58,760 bases of DNA from a virus (lineage: Duplodnaviria; Caudoviricetes). A program made the translations under genes and the position numbers. The notes beneath the pieces were generated by a model that was given only the letters and a program-made list of their open reading frames with translations, searched no databases and had not been told where the DNA came from. The stretch lies in the IMG/VR virus record IMGVR_UViG_3300025127_000039, positions 1 through 58,760 of that record. One strand, 5' to 3'. Below, piece after piece: positions 38,586-46,188 of this stretch. Numbering within the stretch: position 1 is the first letter of the stretch; each line of letters opens with the position of its first letter.

Positions 38586-39867
38586 TACAGTTTATAATGG
38601 CGACTGTTTAGAAGTCATGGAGAAAATACATAAGTGTTCGGTGGACAGTGTGGTAACCGATCCGCCGTATCACCTTACATCTATTGTTCAGAGGTTCGGA
38701 AAAGAAGGTTCGGCACCAGCACAGTTCGGTACAGACGGAGCGTTTGCTAGGGCATCAAAAGGTTTCATGGGCAAAGAGTGGGATGGAGGTGATATAGCTT
38801 TCCAAGCGAACACTTGGCGTAAATGTTATGAGTTGCTGAAGCCTGGAGGTCATTTGATAGCGTTTAGCGGATCACGAACATACCACAGAATGGCTTGTGC
38901 CATAGAAGATGCCGGATTTGAAATTAGAGATCAATGTATTTGGTTGTATGGTAGTGGGTTTCCTAAAAGCCATAATATCGGCAGAGAGATAGATAAGAAA
39001 CAAGGCAATGATAGAGAGGTCGTTGGAGAGGTAAGGGCAGGCAAAAACGCATTAGGCCAAGATAGTGGTTGGAACAAACACAACAATAGAACTGAAATAG
39101 AAGTTACTAAAGGCAACTCAGAATGGGAGGGTTGGGGTACTGCGTTGAAACCTGCACATGAACCAATGGTGTTAGCAAGAAAGCCTTTGTCGGAGAAGTC
39201 GGTAGCAGACAACGTGATGCAGCACGGAACTGGAGCCATAAACATTGACGCTTGTCGTGTTGGTGGTCAGTCAGAAGATACAGAGCGTAAAAAAGTTGTT
39301 CGCAAAGCTCGGACAGCAGATGGCGTGTGGACTGATGATAATAGTGGCATGAAGTCGGAGGGTTCGGAGTTTGCAGATGCAGACCCAAGAGGGCGTTGGC
39401 CGAGCAATGTGATGCACGATGGCAGCGAACAAGTGCAAGAAATATTCCCGGAAACTAGCAGCACGGAGGTCAGCAGAGAGCGAACACACAAGGGGATTTG
39501 GACTGCCGGTGAACTGGCAGATACCGAACAATTCATGCCAGCATATGGCGACCAGGGCAATGCGTCTAGGTATTTTTATTGTGCAAAGACATCAAAAGAA
39601 GAGCGTAAATTTGGACTGGGTGGTGAGGTTGCAGCGAACACTCACCCAACAGTTAAACCAGTTGAGCTAATGAGATACCTTGTTCGCTTGATAACGCCAA
39701 AGGAAGGTGTGGTTCTCGATCCATTTATGGGAAGTGGATCAACTGGAATGGCAGCTAGAGAGGAGGATTTTAGCTTCATTGGAATAGAAAAAGAAAGCGA
39801 ATATTATGAAATTGCCAAAGCAAGAATTAAAAATGTTAAGCCACAGTTAAAATTATTTGACTTTTAG
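38563..39867 (+). CDS. DNA N6-adenine/N4-cytosine methyltransferase, beta class
   Basis: GDCLE, TDPPY, HPTVKP, LDPFMGSGST, GIE motifs in beta order. Confidence 0.92.
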   Translation: MEIIIEGSTVYNGDCLEVMEKIHKCSVDSVVTDPPYHLTSIVQRFGKEGSAPAQFGTDGAFARASKGFMGKEWDGGDIAFQANTWRKCYELLKPGGHLIAFSGSRTYHRMACAIEDAGFEIRDQCIWLYGSGFPKSHNIGREIDKKQGNDREVVGEVRAGKNALGQDSGWNKHNNRTEIEVTKGNSEWEGWGTALKPAHEPMVLARKPLSEKSVADNVMQHGTGAINIDACRVGGQSEDTERKKVVRKARTADGVWTDDNSGMKSEGSEFADADPRGRWPSNVMHDGSEQVQEIFPETSSTEVSRERTHKGIWTAGELADTEQFMPAYGDQGNASRYFYCAKTSKEERKFGLGGEVAANTHPTVKPVELMRYLVRLITPKEGVVLDPFMGSGSTGMAAREEDFSFIGIEKESEYYEIAKARIKNVKPQLKLFDF

Positions 39868-39869
39868 TA

Positions 39870-39900
39870 TTGACATATAGGTGTTGAGTGCCTATTTATT
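39870..39900 (+). promoter_or_regulatory. Promoter with TAGG-N9-CCTA operator
   Basis: TTGACA at 39870; TAGG tgttgagtg CCTA at 39878-39894. Confidence 0.65.
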
Positions 39901-39931
39901 AATTATAACATTTTTAAAAAGGAGTTTTGTT

Positions 39932-40396
39932 ATGAAATTAGAACTTAAAAATATTAAGTATTTTGCAAGTGGTAGTCAAGAAACCCCATGTTACACTGCG
40001 ACCCTTTACATTGATGGTAAGAAAGCAGTTTATGTAGATAATGATGGTCATGGTGGTTGTGATAGACATCATGCAATAGAACCATTTACATGGAAAGATG
40101 TGGAAAAGGTTAAGAGTTATCTAGCCAAGCAAAGTGGTGATTCATTTGAGCCTTTGGATACATGGTGCCAAGATAAGATGTATGATCATGTTGAGCAAAA
40201 GAAACTCAAAAGAGATATGAACACAAAATATATTTGTGTTGATACTGATAAAAACCAACTTTATGCCTATCCTAAAAAAGTGGCCAATGCCACAGTGTTT
40301 CAAAAGCACATGGAAAAAAAGCACCCAAAGGATACTTGTTTGAACTTTTTGCCTTTTGATGTTGCTTGGCATATTTTTGAGGGAGTAACTGCTTAA
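39932..40396 (+). CDS. Hypothetical protein
   Basis: AAAAGGAG SD; SQETPCY.ATLY.DGK...NDGHGG motif. Confidence 0.7.
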   Translation: MKLELKNIKYFASGSQETPCYTATLYIDGKKAVYVDNDGHGGCDRHHAIEPFTWKDVEKVKSYLAKQSGDSFEPLDTWCQDKMYDHVEQKKLKRDMNTKYICVDTDKNQLYAYPKKVANATVFQKHMEKKHPKDTCLNFLPFDVAWHIFEGVTA

Positions 40397-40590
40397 TGAT
40401 TGCTATTCCCAATAATTGGATAGATGCGTCATTTGATGACGTATCTATCTATCATACTAAAGATTTAGCCATATATTTTAATAAATATGATTATGAGGTT
40501 CATAACATCAACATTAACAAGAGTAAATTTTCATTGTTGCTCAAGGCTAATGATTTTAGTGAAGTAATTAATTTTGTTAATGAAAGGTAG
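40396..40590 (+). CDS. Hypothetical protein
   Basis: 64 aa, coupled TAATG. Confidence 0.5.
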   Translation: MIAIPNNWIDASFDDVSIYHTKDLAIYFNKYDYEVHNININKSKFSLLLKANDFSEVINFVNER

Positions 40591-40594
40591 AGTA

Positions 40595-41047
40595 ATGTTA
40601 TATGGTGCATATGGTGCAAATTTAAATAAAGAAAGCATGAAGATACGTTGTCCTGACGCAAAGCCTATGATTAGTTTCCATTTAAAAGGTTATAGGCTTG
40701 TCTTTAATAGTGTTGCAGACATTGTTAAAGACCCAAAGGGTACTGTTCCTATTGTGCTTTGGAAGATCACAAAGAAGTGTGAAAAGGCTTTGGATAGGTT
40801 TGAGGGTTATCCTTTCCTATACAATAAGATAAGAGTGCAATCAGATATTCCGGGAGCCAAAGGTAAAATAATGCTCTATGTGATGCGTAGGAAAGGTATT
40901 GCCATACCACCTACTTCTTACTTTAAGACCATAGAAGAGGGTTATGATGACTTTGGTTTAGATAAAACATATCTGTATAGTGCCAAAGCAAAGGCTTCAG
41001 AATATCAAGAACTTAATTTAAATCTAGCAAGAAAGGTAGGTTCATAA
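40595..41047 (+). CDS. Gamma-glutamylcyclotransferase (AIG2-like) family protein
   Basis: YGAYGANLN...RCP...LDRFEGYP.LY...P...Y motifs. Confidence 0.85.
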   Translation: MLYGAYGANLNKESMKIRCPDAKPMISFHLKGYRLVFNSVADIVKDPKGTVPIVLWKITKKCEKALDRFEGYPFLYNKIRVQSDIPGAKGKIMLYVMRRKGIAIPPTSYFKTIEEGYDDFGLDKTYLYSAKAKASEYQELNLNLARKVGS

Positions 41048-41364
41048 TGGACAGAAAGCAAAAAAGAATTGAAGCATTGAAGTTTGAGGAAAAAAACGTG
41101 GTGCATATACCTAAAGGTTGGGGTTTATCTAGTGATTCCACATTTGAGCAAGATGGATACACTAAGGTTAGATTTCCGGTAAATGATAAAGGTAGAGCAT
41201 TAAATGTTGCCTCAGAAAATATGTGGGTTAAGATTTCTAAAGGAGATGCCAAGAATGGCATAGGTGTATTAGAAAATGTACCATTATACAGTGATTTTGA
41301 TCATGGTATGATTGTTTATTATGAGGAAGATGAAGATGGTTTTGCCAAATTCAAAGCGAGTTAA
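41047..41364 (+). CDS. Hypothetical protein
   Basis: 105 aa, ENMWVKI...GVLEN.P motif. Confidence 0.6.
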   Translation: MDRKQKRIEALKFEEKNVVHIPKGWGLSSDSTFEQDGYTKVRFPVNDKGRALNVASENMWVKISKGDAKNGIGVLENVPLYSDFDHGMIVYYEEDEDGFAKFKAS

Positions 41365-41656
41365 AGTACGTTGTACTAAGTGCAATGAACTCATATTGCG
41401 TAACCGAGAACTGATTGTGAATAAAAGAACAATCTGTCTTGGTTGTGCAGTTGAGATGGGTTTAACCCAAAAAATGAAACTAGACATAAATCATAAAATG
41501 AACTGTTACAAAGGTGGTGGACTCGGCGATGGCGAGTGCCATTACTGTTGGGTTCAAACGTGGGGTGGTATGCGTGATTTGGGGTACGAATGTACCGATA
41601 ATGGGTCATGGTATAAACGTACAGATTTCCACAATGTTTTGGTGATTTATGAGTAA
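41312..41656 (+). CDS. Cys-rich (zinc finger) hypothetical protein
   Basis: CTKC, CLGC, CHYC; start uncertain. Confidence 0.55.
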   Translation: MFIMRKMKMVLPNSKRVKVRCTKCNELILRNRELIVNKRTICLGCAVEMGLTQKMKLDINHKMNCYKGGGLGDGECHYCWVQTWGGMRDLGYECTDNGSWYKRTDFHNVLVIYE

Positions 41657-41657
41657 T

Positions 41658-41880
41658 TTACTTACCACTTACCAACTTACTTGGTAAGTAGATTATAGAG
41701 GGAAGTAGCAAGTTATTGTTTTTATTGGATAAATTAAATTTACTTACCCAACTTACTTCTTATTATGGTAAGTTGGTTTTGTCTTGTAAGTCATTGATTT
41801 TATTGGTACTTACCAACTTACCGAACTTCCCCCCTATAAGGGGGTATAGGGGGGTGGTAAGTAACCCACCCCATACCCTA
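41658..41880. repeat. Iteron array, putative replication origin
   Basis: About 11 ACTTAC/GTAAGT copies in both orientations, AT-rich core, IHF-consensus match at 41787-41799, GC-rich hairpins. Confidence 0.65.
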
Positions 41881-41899
41881 TGTTTTACTGCAGCAAAAG

Positions 41900-42364
41900 G
41901 TGCGAACTTTGAAACTTAAAACAGTACCAATGAGCATACAAGAAGCTAATGAGTTTGTAGCGAACTTTCATAGACATAGCAAACCAACACAAGGTGGCAA
42001 GTTTGCAATCGGAGCTAGTTGTGATGGATTATTCGGTGTAGCAATAGTCGGTAGACCTATAGCAAGGAGATTAGATGACGGATTCACGGCAGAGGTGTTG
42101 CGTGTTTGTGTGAACTCTAACGCACCAAAGAATACTTGTTCGTTTCTGTATGGAAGGTGTTGGAGAATATGGCAACAGATGGGTGGAATGAAGATGATAA
42201 CATATACCTTACAAAGCGAGTCAGGTTCTAGTTTGCGTGGTGTGGGGTGGAAAATTATGGGAGAAACTGGTGGTTGGAATGAAAACAAAGGTTGGACAAC
42301 TAGACCGAATAGAGATTGGTTGCCAATCTATGGGCAGTTAAAATTTAGATGGGAGAAAACATAA
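41900..42364 (+). CDS. Mom-like GNAT-fold DNA-modification protein (XF1762-like)
   Basis: HRH, GVAIVGRP.AR, EVLRVC, CSFLY, ITYTL..ESGSSL...GW, K.RW motifs. Confidence 0.7.
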   Translation: MRTLKLKTVPMSIQEANEFVANFHRHSKPTQGGKFAIGASCDGLFGVAIVGRPIARRLDDGFTAEVLRVCVNSNAPKNTCSFLYGRCWRIWQQMGGMKMITYTLQSESGSSLRGVGWKIMGETGGWNENKGWTTRPNRDWLPIYGQLKFRWEKT

Positions 42365-42891
42365 TGCCAAAAGTAGGAGAAGATTTATCAAGAGAGCAAA
42401 GGCTTGCTGGTCAGAAAAGATTGACTGATAAACAACAGGCTTTCCTTGATAACTTTATGCACAAGGATATGACGCAGACTGCAGCAGCAAGAAAGGCTGG
42501 ATATGCGAACCCTGGTGTTGATGCTGTTCGCTTGTTGCGTAACCCGGTGGTGCAAGAGCGATACCAGGAGATGCAAGAAGAAGCTCGGTCAAGGTTCGGT
42601 GTAACAATTGAAAAGTCGCTGCGTGATCTGTTAAAGATCCGTGAATTAGCCATAGATAGGGAGAAATATGGCGATGCAATCCGTGCTGAAGAACTCAGAT
42701 TAAAAGCAACTGGACTGCTAGTCAATAAGGCTCATGTGCTACATGAACAAGTTGACAGTCTAACAAGAGAACAAATAGTAGAAAAACTACAAGAATTTCA
42801 AGAACTTGCACAGAAACGCATGAAAGTAGCCACAAAGACCCAAGACGACCCACTTACGATAGAGCATGATAACATAAATACCCAAAAATAA
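42364..42891 (+). CDS. terS: Terminase small subunit
   Basis: LTDKQQAF...TQTAAARKAGY...RLLRNPVV HTH plus helical oligomerisation region. Confidence 0.8.
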   Translation: MPKVGEDLSREQRLAGQKRLTDKQQAFLDNFMHKDMTQTAAARKAGYANPGVDAVRLLRNPVVQERYQEMQEEARSRFGVTIEKSLRDLLKIRELAIDREKYGDAIRAEELRLKATGLLVNKAHVLHEQVDSLTREQIVEKLQEFQELAQKRMKVATKTQDDPLTIEHDNINTQK

Positions 42892-42904
42892 CGCATACAC
42901 TTGG

Positions 42905-43282
42905 TGTGTTCGGTCATGCGTGGAGGATCGGACTTTCCAGTCGGACTTTCGGACTCGGACTTGTTCGGTGTCGGAGGTTGTCGGACTGGCTTCTGCCGTG
43001 CCTTCTGCTGCATTGTTCGCTCTGCGTGCAGCTGCCGGATCAAGCTGTTGAAGCGAATGATTGTTCGGTGTCGGACTGGACGCAAGCTGCTAAACGAATT
43101 ATTGTTCGTTCTGACGTGCTCGGCGTCGAGCACCTTGAACAATTGTTCGGTCTAGGAGGCTCAGCAGCGGGAAGCTGCTACGCATTAGCTACGGCGGTCA
43201 GCACGCTGCAGAAGACTAGCGAACTATTGTTCGCTCCGGCACCAGGCCGCAAGCAGCTCGCTGCTGCGAACATTGGCAGCTT
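42905..43282. repeat. GC-rich repeat array A
   Basis: TCGGAC cluster 42928-42986; (C)GAAYNATTGTTCG at 43054, 43095, 43136, 43220; partial TTGTTCG at 42961, 43013. Confidence 0.85.
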
Positions 43283-43302
43283 GAAAAAAAATTATTTAGA
43301 GG

Positions 43303-43332
43303 TTGACAAGTAGGCATTGAATACCATATAAT
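43303..43332 (+). promoter_or_regulatory. Consensus sigma70 promoter with UP element and operator
   Basis: TTGACA-18-TATAAT, upstream A-tract; TAGG cattgaata CCAT. Confidence 0.8.
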
Positions 43333-43363
43333 ATATATGCAAACGAAACAAAAGGGGGTCATT

Positions 43364-43702
43364 ATGACACAACAAAATAAAAAATATGTTGTTCCTGGTC
43401 AAGGCGACATGGAAAGCATTAAAGAACTCATGAATAAACTAGACGCACATAATGGCGAGTGCGATTACTGTCTTGAAGAAATTAATCAGTATCCTTTAGA
43501 GGTTAAGAAAACTCAAGGCTATGAACTTCTTTTGGGGACTGGGGGTCCGGCAACAAGGATTGTTGGTCAGATCAATGAGTATGGCGAGCCAGTGACGGCA
43601 GAACTGCAAGGGCAAGACTGGGGAACCCAATGGGAAAGAACAGAGGGACAAGATGAAAAAACTCTGTTGCAATTTGCTCAACACTTTTACTTTGGGGGTT
43701 AA
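43364..43702 (+). CDS. Early hypothetical protein
   Basis: AAAGGGGG SD before ATG 43364; acidic; LLGTGGPA motif. Confidence 0.7.
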   Translation: MTQQNKKYVVPGQGDMESIKELMNKLDAHNGECDYCLEEINQYPLEVKKTQGYELLLGTGGPATRIVGQINEYGEPVTAELQGQDWGTQWERTEGQDEKTLLQFAQHFYFGG

Positions 43703-43703
43703 G

Positions 43704-43784
43704 ATGTTCGGAATGTTTATCGTTAACGCACTAGCAGCGATCACCTTGTTCGGTTTTTTCTTCTATCTGCTTCTCATCACCTAG
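43704..43784 (+). CDS. 26-aa single-helix hydrophobic peptide (not in ORF track)
   Basis: MFGMFIVNALAAITLFGFFFYLLLIT; GGGGG SD; starts 1 nt after the upstream stop and precedes a terminator. Confidence 0.55.
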   Translation: MFGMFIVNALAAITLFGFFFYLLLIT

Positions 43785-43789
43785 ATAAT

Positions 43790-44250
43790 TTCGGACATTG
43801 TTCGGAGTTCGGACCCAGATCCTTCACCGGTCTGGGTCTTTTTGTTCGTGCCTCTGCTGCCGTCCGGGTGATAACGAATGATTGTTCGCTGCCTTCTGCT
43901 GCACCGGTGTGCTCGGAGCGAATGATTGTTCGCTCTTCAGCTTGTCCCGGCGGCCGCAAGCTGATCGTTTTGCTGCCGGATCTGTCACCGCACGAACTAT
44001 TGTTCGCTCACGCTTCCCGGCCCGTTCTACACCGCCTAAAAAAAAAGTCCCAGAATTCTGGGATTGTTCGCCCTTCAGTAGCAGCGCAGCTGACACCCTA
44101 GCTGCAACGCTAGACCGGCGTGAAGCACAAGCGAACTATTGTTCGGTATGATCGGACATCGGACTCGGACTGTCGGACTTCGGACATCCGGACATCTGCA
44201 GCACCAGGTTGCAGCTTGCAGCTTTTTCCGGTTTTTTGAGCGAACAATCT
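43790..44250. repeat. GC-rich repeat array B
   Basis: CGAAYNATTGTTCG at 43875, 43919, 43993, 44132; partial copies at 43798, 43842, 44064; CGGAC cluster at 44152-44193. Confidence 0.85.
43812..43843 (+). terminator. Rho-independent terminator
   Basis: GACCCAGATC-cttcacc-GGTCTGGGTC-TTTTT. Confidence 0.75.
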
Positions 44251-44373
44251 AATATTCGTTTGATTTATTCGTTTAAATTAATTTCATAAATAGGTATTCA
44301 ATGCTTGAGATGTTCGCTTAAAAATGTTAACATTGATTCGCACAAACATTAATCATTACGAAAGGACTTTATT

Positions 44374-45486
44374 ATGATTGATATAGCAATAGGATTTGAA
44401 AGAGAAGTTGACTCCTTATCTGTAAGAGATGGAATCAATATCTTTGCAAATCATCCAACTTTAAACTTTATAAAAGTTAAACACGATGCGAGTCTTCCAA
44501 ATGGTTGTGAGATTATCTTTCCACCTTTGAGTAGTAAAGCAGAATCTACTTGGCAATATTCAAGTCAAGTTAATGATTTGATTATTGCAAATGGTGGAAG
44601 AATAACTCGTCAATGTGGTCATCATGTTCATTTTGGATTGAAACCAATAACAATGAATTGTGAGGATTTTAACAGACAATCAATTCAATTGTTTAAAGAT
44701 AGAAACCAATACTTCCAAGACTCAAATGATATGTTTCAATTTGAAGTTATCAAAGACGTTGTTTATAGATATGCACAATATCAAGACTTCATATCAAGTT
44801 TCTTAGCACCTAGTCGCAGAAACTCAAGATATGCAAGTCCTATAAATGGTTTCTTAAATAGAATAGAAGATTCTAGAGATATGACTCAATTAAAGAATTG
44901 TATTAATGGAAAGTTTTATTCTGTTAACTTATCTAATATTGATATTAGAAATCAAAAAGGAACGATTGAGTTTAGACAACATCAAGGAACAGTAAACAAT
45001 ACTAAGTTAAAAAATTGGATTATGTTTCTTGTTAATATGTTTGATTATACAATCAATCATAGAATCCAAGTTGTAAGACAAGGCGAAAAGTTTATTGATA
45101 ACTTACAAAATACAATGCCAAGAAATACCAAACTCCATCAAGTTTTTGAGATGTTACAAACAGATAATGGTGCGACTACTCGTGAGATTATGGACTCTGT
45201 TGGTATTAATGATGCAAGATCTGTAAGAAGAACCATTAACACTATAAGACGTAAACTAGGCGATTGTAGTTTGGTTATTTGTTTGACTCAAGAATACTAT
45301 GGTCATTTAAATGGTACGTCTAATGGTCTTTACGACTTGAATGGATACAAGATTCCAAAGCAAGTTGAGAGAGAATCTCAAGGCGAAGTTATCATTGATA
45401 ACAATGCAGATTCCCATGTGTTTAGTAACTTAGCAGAGTCATTAAAGACATGGTTTAACAACAGAATATCAAGTCTAGGTAACTAG
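44374..45486 (+). CDS. Putative amidoligase (COOH-NH2 ligase type 2) with C-terminal HTH-like domain
   Basis: GFERE, HDASL, CEIIFPPL, CGHHVH, SRR...YA, KFYSVN, GTIEFRQHQGT motifs; AAAGGA SD. Confidence 0.85.
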   Translation: MIDIAIGFEREVDSLSVRDGINIFANHPTLNFIKVKHDASLPNGCEIIFPPLSSKAESTWQYSSQVNDLIIANGGRITRQCGHHVHFGLKPITMNCEDFNRQSIQLFKDRNQYFQDSNDMFQFEVIKDVVYRYAQYQDFISSFLAPSRRNSRYASPINGFLNRIEDSRDMTQLKNCINGKFYSVNLSNIDIRNQKGTIEFRQHQGTVNNTKLKNWIMFLVNMFDYTINHRIQVVRQGEKFIDNLQNTMPRNTKLHQVFEMLQTDNGATTREIMDSVGINDARSVRRTINTIRRKLGDCSLVICLTQEYYGHLNGTSNGLYDLNGYKIPKQVERESQGEVIIDNNADSHVFSNLAESLKTWFNNRISSLGN

Positions 45487-45524
45487 ACTTGATTAACTTC
45501 ACAAACATAAACAAGGAGTCAATT

Positions 45525-45764
45525 ATGACAATCAATAAAACAATCAAAGCGAATAATAAAAAGTATAATTTACAATTTAAACCAACTCCAATTTTAGGTG
45601 GCGAGTATGAGTTGGATTCTGATAATGGAAAACTTCTCCAAGATTACGCAACTTTGAATCCATTTCCAAACCAATTGTTTTTTTACAGTCATATTAATAT
45701 CATTGATAAAGTATTAGATGAACAAGACGAAACGATTGAGTACGTCAAAAGAATCTATAAGTAA
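45525..45764 (+). CDS. Hypothetical protein co-transcribed with the amidoligase
   Basis: AAGGAG SD before ATG 45525; 79 aa. Confidence 0.65.
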   Translation: MTINKTIKANNKKYNLQFKPTPILGGEYELDSDNGKLLQDYATLNPFPNQLFFYSHINIIDKVLDEQDETIEYVKRIYK

Positions 45765-45789
45765 CCGAGCTACTCGAAATAGCTTCGGT

Positions 45790-45819
45790 GGGGGGCATAC
45801 CATATGCCCCCCTTTTTTT
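45790..45819 (+). terminator. Rho-independent terminator
   Basis: GGGGGGCATA-cca-TATGCCCCCC-TTTTTTT. Confidence 0.9.
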
Positions 45820-45916
45820 GTTTTTGCGTTATAGGGTAGCAACGCACTCGGTTTTCCTCAAATACCCCCCAATGTTTTAGAAACGGCAGCTAAAAAAAAT
45901 TTTATAAAAAAATTTC

Positions 45917-45945
45917 TTGACCTTTAGGCACTCAAATCCTATGTT
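45917..45945 (+). promoter_or_regulatory. Promoter with TAGG-N9-CCTA operator
   Basis: TTGACC-17-TATGTT; TAGG cactcaaat CCTA at 45925-45941; upstream A/T tracts. Confidence 0.7.
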
Positions 45946-45951
45946 AAGATT

Positions 45952-46188
45952 ATGAAAACATATATCATGGAAAGTGGTGATGGGTATTCTGAGTTTACTG
46001 GAAGTCCATCACAAATTATAGATCAGATGACAACTCAATCCAAACTGGCGTTTAAGAACAGGGAGGATATGAGGCGTACTTATGCGTCATTTGCTTGTGA
46101 TTGGACAGGCAGTGCAGTTAGGTTTCATTCAGATGAGGATTTGGTTAGCGATTTAATTCTAAGTGGCGTGTTAAAGGAGCAAAAATGA
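45952..46188 (+). CDS. Hypothetical protein (possibly leaderless)
   Basis: 78 aa; ATG 6 nt after the predicted -10, no SD. Confidence 0.65.
   Translation: MKTYIMESGDGYSEFTGSPSQIIDQMTTQSKLAFKNREDMRRTYASFACDWTGSAVRFHSDEDLVSDLILSGVLKEQK

Noticed and set aside
43054-44145. LexA (Cheo-box CGAAC-N4-GTTCG) SOS regulon
   Set aside because: Some copies match the Gram-positive box, but they do not overlap the identified promoters and the presumed alphaproteobacterial host uses a different LexA motif. Kept only as a remote alternative if the host is different
42798-44151. ORFs 42798-43142, 42901-43155, 42906-43313, 43777-43959, 43824-44096, 43868-44101, 43882-44151
   Set aside because: By-products of GC-rich repeats with few stop codons; no SD, and composition unlike the phage's genes
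42905-44250. Mini-CRISPR array (14-bp repeats with about 27-nt spacers; Cas4-like gene in the genome)
   Set aside because: Repeats are too short and degenerate, spacing is irregular, spacers resemble each other, and the Cas4-like nuclease sits in a standard phage recombination module
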